Origin: an uncultured Lentisphaerales bacterium
GTDB taxonomy: Bacteria > Verrucomicrobiota > Lentisphaeria > JABSQK01 > UBA12247
Reading direction: 5' to 3'
Assembly: GCA_943788985.1 (NCBI GenBank)
Contig: CALSSJ010000017.1
Location: 32,001-96,000 of the forward strand
Length of the DNA: 64,000 bases
Shown: positions 10,201 through 18,392 of the stretch, piece by piece
How positions within the stretch are numbered: position 1 is the first letter of the stretch
How the letters are laid out: each line of letters opens with the position of its first letter
Made by a program: the position numbers and the translations under genes
Notes under the pieces: generated by a model
What the model was told of the DNA's origin: nothing
The model's database searches: none
The model's input: the letters and a program-made list of their open reading frames with translations, nothing else

Positions 10201-12111
10201 GCCTGCACGGGGTGCGGTGAAAAGAGCGTCCTTCACCTCTTCACCAGCACCATCACAGCGCTGATGCAGCCACGTGTGAAGAAGCAGGTGGCGCGAATCG
10301 ATGAACTCATCGCAGCGCTCGAAGGCCGCATCCGTGCCAAGCTGGCTGAATCGGTTGACATCTCAGACCTGCCTGCCGTTGAGGGCGCGATCGCGGAAAG
10401 CAAGGGCCATGACCTGAAGCTCTCGACACTCGCCGAAAAGCTAGATGAGGGCAAGGCCGGCACCCCGATCGACCAGGAATGGCTGCAATGGGTCACCAGG
10501 CTTCTTGCCCAACTGCGCGACCTCAAGTGGCGCTATACCGAAGGCCAGACCAAGAAAGGTCGAGCCGCTCTCGGATTTTTGAACTCTACCGGCTGCAGTT
10601 CGGTCTACGGGTCTAGTTGGCCGTACAATCCCTATCCATTCCCCTGGTCCAACCACCTCTTCCAAGACGCGCCTTCGGTTTCAATGGGCGTCTTCGAAGG
10701 GCACATGCGCGCCATGTCAGACGGCTTTAAGGCCATCCGCATGGCAGAGGCGGAACTGAGCGGCAATGCAAACTTCAAAACGCTCGCAGCCTCCCTCCAG
10801 TATTTCTCATGGCGTGAGTTTAGCGACGACGAGTTCCTGATGTCACCCCCGGTTGTCGCTGTGGGTGGTGACGGGGCCATGTACGACATCGGCTTCCAGA
10901 ACCTCTCGCGAATGCTGATGGCCGGACGCCCGATCAAAGCGCTCGTGCTCGACACCCAGGTCTACTCCAACACCGGTGGCCAGGCGTGCACATCCGGCTT
11001 CACTGGCCAGGTGTCCGACATGGCCCCGTACGGGAAGGCCTGGAAGGGAAAGATGGAAATCCGCAAGGAAATGAGCCTCATCGCCGCGGCACATCGTACC
11101 GCCTTCGTCCTGCAAAGCAGTATCGCCAACCATACACACATGATCGAAGGCTTCATCGACGGGCTCAACTCCCGCCGCCCCGCCATCTTCAATCTCTACA
11201 CAACCTGCCAGCCGGAACACGGAGTGCCGGACGACTCCGCCGCACAGCGCAGTAAAATGGCCCTCGAATCACGCGCTTACCCGATGCTGCGTTTCGATCC
11301 GGATGCTGGCGCAACCTGGGAAGACTGTTTCGATCTCGACGGCAACCCGGACATCGACAACGATTGGCCAACCTACAAGCTCGATTATCTCGACGAGGAA
11401 GGCAACCAGCAGCAAATGGACCTTCCGCTGACATTCGCCGACTTCGCCGTTCAGGAAGGCCGCTTCCGGAAGCACTTCCGCGTCGCCAAGCCAGACACTT
11501 GGAATGACAACATGGTGCCACTGGCCGAGCTTCTCCAACTGGATCCTGATGATCGCGAGGACCAAGTCCCCTACATCTGGGCCGTCGACAAGAAAAACCA
11601 CCTCATCCGCGTCATCGTCGCCGACGAGATCGTTCGCTCGACCGAAGAGCGGCTTGGTTTCTGGCACTTGCTCAAGGGCATCGCCGGACTCAGCGATAAG
11701 GTCGATCCCGAAGAAATCGCGGCACAGGTCCGCAGTGAAACCGCGCAAAAGCTCGCCTCAGGACTCATGTCCATGCTCCAAGGCGACGGGACCTTTACGG
11801 CTTCTCCCCCAGTCGATCCAGCGGCAGCACTGGCGGCCACGCCTTCCGGCAACGGCGCACGTTTTGAATCGGCTTGGATCGACCAGACCGAATGCACCAC
11901 CTGCGACGAATGCACTGCCATCAACCCGAAAATATTCGAATACGACGATGCCAAAAAGGCGTTCGTCAAAGATCCGCGTGGCGGTCCGTTCAAGGATATC
12001 GTCCGCGCCGCGGAGAAGTGCACGGGACGCTGCATTCACCCTGGAACACCTGCCGACCCTAACGAAAAGGGCCTAGAAAAGCTCATCAAACGAGCCGAAA
12101 AGTTCCAATAA
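7207..12111 (+). CDS. por: Pyruvate:ferredoxin (2-oxoacid:acceptor) oxidoreductase, single-chain, with extra C-terminal ferredoxin domain
   Basis: YPITPS, EGEH, FSSGQG, YGSEKKG, CTACSEC..CP, CKGCMLC..C, GACTGCGE, GGDG (TPP site), YSNTGGQ; AAGGAG RBS before ATG 7207. Confidence 0.93.
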   Translation: MASKNKNPKYPGIPVAMDGNSAVIMCERESSDAAGSYPITPSTQMGEYWAEETAKGHINTAGRPLIFVEPEGEHAAAGVTAGMSMSGLRASNFSSGQGIAYMHESLYAAVGKRLPYILNIGCRAITKSTLNVHAGHDDYHLMDDTGFIQTMAKNAQEAADLNLITRKIAELSLTPGAVGQDGFLTTHLIETLKVPERELIAEFLGLAEDIIDTPTPGQELLYGKTRRRVPKLWDVDNPVLSGPVQNQDAYMQSVAGQRPYFFDHVREITDQCMAEYAALTGRSYTRVATYNCDDAEYIVLGQGSLNGTAEAVADYLRESRGLKVGVVNMTMFRPFPSDLIGKILKGRKGVVVLERTDQPLASDLPLIREIRATLTKCLENGFEKCALPYPDLATYNTVQDMPPLYSGCFGLGSRDLQPEGVVGAIENMLDGGAKKKFFYLSIDFIRSKPSTPKANIYQQEIKDRYPTVKALAVKGSENPNLLPQGAITVRMHSVGGWGAITTGKNLAITLYELLGYDIKANPKYGSEKKGQPTTYYLSAAPEPIRINCEYYFVDAVLSPDPNVFSHSNPVFGLKQGGTFIIQSDRETAEAVWESIPEKGRKYIIANEIRVFFLDAFKIAREEATDPELQFRMQGIAFQGAFFAGSTLMKTSGLTEASLFEAIHQQIEKKFGSKGARVVEDNIRVVRRGFDEVTEIVDKPDVAAAQTGIRKETNLPMMLKRIPASDDPKTDIHRYWEQTGSLYASGKPNDNLADPFNALALIPASTGVFRDMTVIRFSHPVWDPEKCTACSECFTVCPDSAIPGLVNSVSDVFQATIKRIKKQGHDVKLLPKALRTVENKMRDNIGDWDTNSIDTGPLLDSAIRQTIAEANGEAKALEEEFGWFRDAMADFKFTLTKPYWAQREKSQPGSGGLFAITVNPYTCKGCMLCVDVCDDDALTVVQQTEETTKTLKKDWDFWLDLPNTSRDFIRIDDIDEKVGALETMLLDKSIYSSMVCGDGACTGCGEKSVLHLFTSTITALMQPRVKKQVARIDELIAALEGRIRAKLAESVDISDLPAVEGAIAESKGHDLKLSTLAEKLDEGKAGTPIDQEWLQWVTRLLAQLRDLKWRYTEGQTKKGRAALGFLNSTGCSSVYGSSWPYNPYPFPWSNHLFQDAPSVSMGVFEGHMRAMSDGFKAIRMAEAELSGNANFKTLAASLQYFSWREFSDDEFLMSPPVVAVGGDGAMYDIGFQNLSRMLMAGRPIKALVLDTQVYSNTGGQACTSGFTGQVSDMAPYGKAWKGKMEIRKEMSLIAAAHRTAFVLQSSIANHTHMIEGFIDGLNSRRPAIFNLYTTCQPEHGVPDDSAAQRSKMALESRAYPMLRFDPDAGATWEDCFDLDGNPDIDNDWPTYKLDYLDEEGNQQQMDLPLTFADFAVQEGRFRKHFRVAKPDTWNDNMVPLAELLQLDPDDREDQVPYIWAVDKKNHLIRVIVADEIVRSTEERLGFWHLLKGIAGLSDKVDPEEIAAQVRSETAQKLASGLMSMLQGDGTFTASPPVDPAAALAATPSGNGARFESAWIDQTECTTCDECTAINPKIFEYDDAKKAFVKDPRGGPFKDIVRAAEKCTGRCIHPGTPADPNEKGLEKLIKRAEKFQ

Positions 12112-13479
12112 ATGGTCTACAGAATGTTTGACTGGCTCAACTTGGCGCTCTGGTCGCGAAAGACCTTTCCTCATGGCATCCACCCGGAAGACAACAAGGG
12201 GTACACTGCGGACAAACCAATTCGCCCCCTGCCCTTTCCACCAGAGCTGATCCTCCCGCTCGCACAGCACACGGGCAAACCCTCTGTGCCGCTGGTACAC
12301 GTCGGGCAGGAAGTGGTCCGTGGAGAACCGATTGCGCGAGCGGACGGCTTTGTTTCGGTGCCGCTACACGCCCCCGCAACAGGCACCATCCGTGCCATCG
12401 AGCTTCGTGCCACAAGCAAAGGCCCGAAGACCCCTTCCATCATCCTGGACGTGTATCCCGGAGACAGTCAGGAAATCTGCTACACAGCCGAGCGGGACGT
12501 CGAGGCGATGTCGCCAGCGGAAATCATTCAGGCGGTGCAGGATAGTGGGCTCGTTGGCCTCGGTGGTGCGGCGTTTCCGACCCATGTGAAGCTCTCGCCA
12601 CCAAAAGAGCACACCGTTCATACCGTGCTGCTCAACGGTTGCGAGTGCGAGCCCTTCCTCACAACGGACCACCGAGTCATGCTCGAACAGGCTCCGGATC
12701 TGGTCAGGGGAACCCAAATTCTGATGAAGGCCCTTGGCGCAAAACAGGGAATCATCGCAGTGGAAGACAACAAACTCGACGCCGCCGCAGCAATTGAAGC
12801 TGCTCTGCCTGCCGACAACTCGGTCAGCGTGCGGGTGGTCCGCACAAAATATCCGCAAGGCGCGGAAAAGATGCTGGCTAAGGCTGTGCTGAACATCGAA
12901 ATTCCCTCGGGCGGCTATCCGTCTTCCGTGGGCCTGGGCATCTTCAATGTCTCCTCGACCGCCCAGCTGGGCAGAGCCCTGCCCCGAACGCAAGGCATCA
13001 TCGAGCGGGTTGTCACCGTTACCGGCCCGGGCATCGACAAGCCCGGAAACTATCTCGTCCCCGTTGGCACGCCGGTGCGCTTCATCCTTGAGAAACTTGG
13101 GTTTCGGGGCGCGGAGCAAACGCTGATCATGGGTGGCCCGATGATGGGCAACACAGTCGCGTCACTCGATGTGCCGATCACGAAAGGCTGCGGCGGTTTT
13201 CTGGTCCTCACGGAAAAGGAACTCAGCACACAAACCTTCGAGAGCGCCTACCCCTGCATCAATTGCGGCCACTGTGTGGAAGCATGTCCCATGATCCTCA
13301 ATCCTTGCGAAATGGGCAAACTCGCGAGCAAGGCGCGCTATGAGGAAATGGCGAGCAAGTACTATCTGAACGACTGCTTTGAATGTGGCTGCTGCAGCTA
13401 TGTCTGCCCGGCTGGCATTCCACTGGTTCAACATTTCCGCATTGCCAAGGCAACCAACAGAGAACAAGCCCCAAAATAG
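12112..13479 (+). CDS. rnfC: Rnf complex subunit C
   Basis: GLVGLGGAAFPTHVK, NGCECEP, KYPQGAEK, GGPMMG, CINCGHCVEACP, CFECGCCSYVCP. Confidence 0.95.
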   Translation: MVYRMFDWLNLALWSRKTFPHGIHPEDNKGYTADKPIRPLPFPPELILPLAQHTGKPSVPLVHVGQEVVRGEPIARADGFVSVPLHAPATGTIRAIELRATSKGPKTPSIILDVYPGDSQEICYTAERDVEAMSPAEIIQAVQDSGLVGLGGAAFPTHVKLSPPKEHTVHTVLLNGCECEPFLTTDHRVMLEQAPDLVRGTQILMKALGAKQGIIAVEDNKLDAAAAIEAALPADNSVSVRVVRTKYPQGAEKMLAKAVLNIEIPSGGYPSSVGLGIFNVSSTAQLGRALPRTQGIIERVVTVTGPGIDKPGNYLVPVGTPVRFILEKLGFRGAEQTLIMGGPMMGNTVASLDVPITKGCGGFLVLTEKELSTQTFESAYPCINCGHCVEACPMILNPCEMGKLASKARYEEMASKYYLNDCFECGCCSYVCPAGIPLVQHFRIAKATNREQAPK

Positions 13480-13513
13480 GGCAACACCCACAGATGAACA
13501 CGGCTCTTTCACG

Positions 13514-14581
13514 ATGACCAACTCCGGAACCCAATCGTCGCCACAGGTGCTGTTGCGCACCTCGCCGCATTTGCGCGATACGCAGCCGGTGGACGTGATT
13601 ATGCGCAATGTGGTGTACGCATTGCTGCCCGTCTGCGCCTTTTCGGTGTGGCAGTTCGGCATCAGCGTCCTCGGGCTTATCATCACCTGCACCGCAAGCT
13701 GTGTGCTCACCGAGCACGTCATCCGCAAGCTGCAGCACAAGCCCACCACGATCACGGACTGGAGCGCGACCATTACCGGCGTCTTACTCGCCCTGACCTT
13801 GCCGCCTGGCTTCCCGTTGTGGATGGCCGTCGTCGCATCTATTTTCGGCATCGCAGTCGGCAAGATGTTCTTTGGCGGTCTCGGCTTTAACGTCATGAAT
13901 CCCGCGCTCATCGGCCGAGCCTTCGCCCAAGCCGCCTTCACAGTCCCCATGACAACTTGGGTGCCCAACAGTGCCCCCAGCCGCTTCACGGAATTCATTC
14001 CGTCCACGCTCACACTGCCCTTCCTGCGCCCCAACTCAATCTCAGAGTGGCTGGCTCAAAATGCGGTCGATGGCTTTTCCGGTGCCACCCCACTGGCCGT
14101 GATGAAGTTTGAGCATGTCCCGGCGGATTCGATCGAACTGCTGCTGGGAACCACCGCCGGTTCAAGCGGCGAAACCGGCGCACTGCTCATCCTGCTATGT
14201 GGCTGCTATCTCATTTTCCGTAACATGATGAACTGGCGAATCACAGCGAGCATCCTGCTCACCGCCGCCCTGTTTTCCGGCATCTGCCACGCCATCAATC
14301 CGGAAATCTACCCCGACCCTCTCTTCACAGTCTGCTCAGGCGGGCTGATGCTTGGTGCCGTCTTCATGGCCACGGACATGGTCGGCTCACCAGTGACACC
14401 CGTTGGCATCTGGATCTACGGCATTCTCATTGGCCTGCTCACGGTGATCATCCGCTTCTGGGGCGGACTGAGCGAGGGCGTCATGTATGCTATTCTCTTA
14501 GGAAACGCTTTCTCCCCGTTGATTAGCTCGGTCACCCAACCCAAGCGCTACGGTGCTCCGCAAAAGGAGGCCGCGAAATGA
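13514..14581 (+). CDS. rnfD: Rnf complex subunit D
   Basis: SPH N-terminus, FGGLGFNVMNPALIGR, FMN-attachment SGATPL, FMATD, EGVMYAILLGN. Confidence 0.95.
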   Translation: MTNSGTQSSPQVLLRTSPHLRDTQPVDVIMRNVVYALLPVCAFSVWQFGISVLGLIITCTASCVLTEHVIRKLQHKPTTITDWSATITGVLLALTLPPGFPLWMAVVASIFGIAVGKMFFGGLGFNVMNPALIGRAFAQAAFTVPMTTWVPNSAPSRFTEFIPSTLTLPFLRPNSISEWLAQNAVDGFSGATPLAVMKFEHVPADSIELLLGTTAGSSGETGALLILLCGCYLIFRNMMNWRITASILLTAALFSGICHAINPEIYPDPLFTVCSGGLMLGAVFMATDMVGSPVTPVGIWIYGILIGLLTVIIRFWGGLSEGVMYAILLGNAFSPLISSVTQPKRYGAPQKEAAK

Positions 14582-15252
14582 CTGAGACTGCCCCAGTCCC
14601 AACCGCCTCCCCGAGCAGTCTTCGCTTGATTGCGACGCTTGCCGGCATAGCCATCATGTCAGGCCTGCTTGTCGCCCTGGCAGCTGAATTCACCAGAGAA
14701 CCGATCCTGAAAAACCGGAGGGAAGCGCTCGAAAAGGCCGTCTTCACCGTGCTACCCGAGGCCACAGCACGCAAGAACTTCTTGCTGAATGAATCTGGCC
14801 TCGCCCCGCTCGGCGATGATGCCATCTCAGAAGCCAACTGCTATGCCGGTTACAATGAATCCGGCGAGCTGGTTGGCGTCGCCATCGAGGCCTCCGCGCG
14901 CGGCTACCAGGACGTCGTAAAAATCCTTTATGGCTACAACCCACACACAAACTGCATCCTTGGCTTCACCGTTCTCCAAAGCTCGGAGACACCAGGCCTG
15001 GGCGATCGGGTTGAAACCGATCCTGATTTTCTGGCCAACTTCGCTTGCCTGGAGGCAACCCTAAACGAAGCTGGCACGGATCTCAAGAACCAAATCGTCA
15101 CAGTCAAAAACGGAACCAAGAAACATCCCTGGCAGATCGATGCCATCTCAGGTGCCACCGTGACATCCACCGCCATCGGCACCGCCCTGCAAAAAAGCAC
15201 AACCAAACTGCTGCCACTCATTCACAAAGTTGAACCGGAGTTTGCGCAATGA
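14578..15252 (+). CDS. rnfG: Rnf complex subunit G (FMN-binding)
   Basis: N-terminal TM, GYQD, ETPGLG, DAISGATVTS. Confidence 0.92.
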   Translation: MTETAPVPTASPSSLRLIATLAGIAIMSGLLVALAAEFTREPILKNRREALEKAVFTVLPEATARKNFLLNESGLAPLGDDAISEANCYAGYNESGELVGVAIEASARGYQDVVKILYGYNPHTNCILGFTVLQSSETPGLGDRVETDPDFLANFACLEATLNEAGTDLKNQIVTVKNGTKKHPWQIDAISGATVTSTAIGTALQKSTTKLLPLIHKVEPEFAQ

Positions 15253-15902
15253 AAGATCCACGGATTCCGGATCCACTCAGTTGGAGCGTATTCACGCAAG
15301 GCATCTGGCGCGACAATCCGGTATTTGTCATGTTGCTCGGCCTTTGTCCCTTACTTGCCGTCACCAACACCGCAATGAACGCTCTGGCTATGGGCCTGGC
15401 GACAACCTTCGTCCTAGTCTGCTCTGGCACCCTCGTTTCTCTGCTGCAGCGTGTCATCCCCAAGCAAGTGCGAATCGCCGCCTACATCATCATTATCGCC
15501 ACCTTCGTCACCATCGTCGACTACGCGATTCAGGCCATCAGCCTCGACCTCCATAAGGCCCTTGGCGCGTTCATTCAGCTCATCGTAGTCAACTGCGTCA
15601 TCCTTGGCCGTGCCGAAGCCTATGCCTCGAAGAATCCCGTGGTCAATGCCATCGTCAACGCTTTCGGCATGGGGGTGGGCTTTACCCTCGCCTTGCTCAG
15701 CTTGGGAATCGTCCGGGAAATCATCGGGAGCGGCTCACTCTTTGGCATCGATCTATTCGGAGCGCAGTTCCAGCCCTGGGCCGTGTTCGTGCTCCCGCCC
15801 GGTGGCTTCTTTGTCCTGGCCTTCTGGCTGTTCGTCTTCTCCCTGATGCGCAAGCGCAAAGAAACCCGCGCCAAACAAGAGGAGGTGGCCCGTGCAGCCT
15901 GA
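15249..15902 (+). CDS. rnfE: Rnf complex subunit E
   Basis: NPVFVMLLGLCPLLAVT, LIVVNCVILGRAE, LPPGGF. Confidence 0.95.
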   Translation: MKDPRIPDPLSWSVFTQGIWRDNPVFVMLLGLCPLLAVTNTAMNALAMGLATTFVLVCSGTLVSLLQRVIPKQVRIAAYIIIIATFVTIVDYAIQAISLDLHKALGAFIQLIVVNCVILGRAEAYASKNPVVNAIVNAFGMGVGFTLALLSLGIVREIIGSGSLFGIDLFGAQFQPWAVFVLPPGGFFVLAFWLFVFSLMRKRKETRAKQEEVARAA

Positions 15903-16473
15903 TTCACTCACGTTCATTTTCCTGAACGCTTTCGTCATCAACAACTTCGTGCTCGCGATGTTCCTCGGGCTCTGTCCCTTCCTTGGGGTCTCCGGGAAGA
16001 TCAAGACAGCCGCAAACATGGGACTGGCTGTCGTCTTTGTGATGCTCGTCAGCTCCAGCTCTGCCTATGGCATCAACCTACTCCTCGCGAAGTTCAACCT
16101 CGAGTTTCTGCGCTTGATCTGCTACATCGCTGTCATTGCCTCCGCGGTGCAGCTCGTAGAAATGGCGATCAAAAAATTCAGCCCGGCGCTGTTTCGGGCA
16201 CTCGGCATCTTTCTACCGCTGATCACGACCAACTGCGCGATTCTTGGCCTAGCCCTGTTCCAAACCAATCGCGAGTACAACTTTCCCCAGAGCCTGGCAT
16301 TCAGCGTTGGTGCTGGTGCGGGCTTTACCCTGGCGCTTGTGCTGATGGCCGGGCTACGTGAGAAGCTTGAACTGGCCGACGTTCCCGATGTCGTCACCAG
16401 CGCCGCCCTTGCGCTCACGCTCGGCGGCCTGCTCTCGCTCGCCTTTATGGGCTTTGCCGGTCTAGGAGGCTAA
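15892..16473 (+). CDS. rnfA: Rnf complex subunit A
   Basis: NNFVLAMFLGLCPFLGVS, LGIFLPLITTNCAILG, SLAFMGF. Confidence 0.95.
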   Translation: MQPDSLTFIFLNAFVINNFVLAMFLGLCPFLGVSGKIKTAANMGLAVVFVMLVSSSSAYGINLLLAKFNLEFLRLICYIAVIASAVQLVEMAIKKFSPALFRALGIFLPLITTNCAILGLALFQTNREYNFPQSLAFSVGAGAGFTLALVLMAGLREKLELADVPDVVTSAALALTLGGLLSLAFMGFAGLGG

Positions 16474-16474
16474 A

Positions 16475-16720
16475 ATGACCTACGCCATCTCCATTCTGAT
16501 TGTCTTCGCCATGCTTGCCGGGTGGGTGCTCGTCCAGCACTTGGGGCGTCGCTTTGCCGCGCGACATCCCGAATTTGGCCCGCCGCGCGAGGAAGGTTCC
16601 GGTTGCTGCATGGGGCGCGGCAAGGAAGAACGCCAAGGGCCACAATGTGCCGCGTGTCCCAAACAGCTTTCAGCAAAAGGTCAAACACCAATCGCATCCA
16701 ATGGAGAGGTATCCAGATGA
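16475..16720 (+). CDS. Small membrane-anchored Cys-rich protein (81 aa)
   Basis: GGAGG RBS; starts 1 nt after rnfA stop; ATGA overlap with next gene; N-terminal TM then GCC and CAAC. Confidence 0.7.
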   Translation: MTYAISILIVFAMLAGWVLVQHLGRRFAARHPEFGPPREEGSGCCMGRGKEERQGPQCAACPKQLSAKGQTPIASNGEVSR

Positions 16721-17578
16721 ATCTCAGTGAATACAACACCGACCGTATTTTCACCGCCGATGTCGTAAGCTCCGAACGCATCACCGATGAGGCAACAGCC
16801 GAAGTCCGTCACATTGTGCTGCGCATTGTCGACCCTGCCTTCCAGTTTATCGAGGGGCAGAGCATCGCCGTACTCGTCCCCGGTCCCCACCCCTTTGGCA
16901 ACGACTGCCATATCCGGCTCTATTCCATCGCCAGCCCACGAGACGGCGAGGCCGGAAATTTTGCCCAATTCTCTCTCTGCGTGCGCCGTTGCAGCTACAT
17001 CGACGACGTCAGCGGCGAACGCTACCCGGGCATCGCCTCCAACTTTCTGTGTGACCGCCAGCCCGGTGACCAGATCGAGGTTTCCGGTCCCTACGGACGC
17101 CAGTTCCATCCACCACGCGACACCACCAAGAATGTCCTCATGATTGGCGTCGGCACCGGCATCGCCCCCTTCCGGGCGTTCATGAAGTTCCTCTACCGCG
17201 AACAAACAAAGTGGCAGGGAAAAGTGCGCTTGTTCTACGGCGGCAAGAGCGGCATGGACATGCTCTACATGAACGACAAGAACAGCGACATCGCCAACTA
17301 CTACGACAAAGAAACCTTCCAAGCCTTCGAGGCTCTCAGCCCTCGCCCGCACTTCGACGAGCCCGCCCAAATCGAGCGAACCATCAAGGAGAACGCCGGT
17401 GAGGTCTGGTCACTCATCGAGGATCCCAACACCTACGTGTACCTCTCCGGTCTGTCGAAACTCGAAGCCAAGCTCGACAAAATCCTAGCCGAGCTCGCCG
17501 GCTCGGAAGAAGCCTGGAAAACCCATAAGCTTTCCCTGCTCAATGACGGTCGCTGGGGCCACGCTCTTCTACGAATAG
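16717..17578 (+). CDS. Ferredoxin-NADP+ reductase family protein (apparent +1 frameshift near 3' end)
   Basis: RLYSIAS, GIASNFLCD, SGPYG, MIGVGTGIAPFR; removing one G from GGGG 17555-17558 gives ...GRWATLFYE* ending at 17578. Confidence 0.88.
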
Positions 17579-17890
17579 AAAAGTTCAGGAAACCTTGGAC
17601 CGTGGCCGGTTCCGGCTATCCGCCATTGCTCGTAGCACGTGCCGGGTTTGTAGTGAGCCTCGTAGCGAAGTGAAGTCGCGTTTCTTTCGGGCGCTCACCG
17701 GAACGCCACTACGCTTCGCCGCAACCCGAAAAGGGTGCCTGATTTTTGCGCATCGCTGGGGGAATGGCCCCTGACAGGTCGAGAGCGAGAAACAAGAGGA
17801 TTGGGAGGGTGCCAGGAGGTTGGACCTGTTGATTGTTCGCCGCGCTTGGATAACACCTCAGAATGCGTTTTACATCATCCAGCGAGACTC

Positions 17891-18186
17891 GTGCGCTTTC
17901 TGGGTTGTTAATGCAGAACACCTTTGACCGTATCAAGGGGCAAATGCCCGGTTCCGAGGACCAAGCCATCATTCGAGAGATGTATCGTCGCTGGGAAGAG
18001 CAGGACCGTGACGCCCGCGCCAGCGGCAACCGCTGGCTGGATTTCATCGTGCCGCCAGCGGTGGTCGCCATGGCTAGGCTTTCCTTGCGCATGTCGACGA
18101 GGCCCAAGCTGCCAGCGGCCGCAATACTTGTTGCCTGGGTACAAGATAGCGAGGAAAAGAAGGAATCGCTGGCACCAGCGCAGTGA
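17891..18186 (+). CDS. Hypothetical protein
   Basis: ~98-aa ORF from ATG 17891, no recognisable motif. Confidence 0.35.
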
Positions 18187-18392
18187 GCTTTGGTTGGAAA
18201 TGCGGATCAACGACATCTATTCCACTCGCGCGCCACGCGCCAAAACGACCTCGCGGCCTCACTATATTGCTCAGGCAACACTTCATCTGCGTGAGGGTAT
18301 TGCAGAGAGTCGCGCAGCGGCTACCCGTAAACCGGCCCCTGACCTCTCGGGGGCTGAAATGATGATCCCGCAAGTTTTGCGAGGGAGATGCG

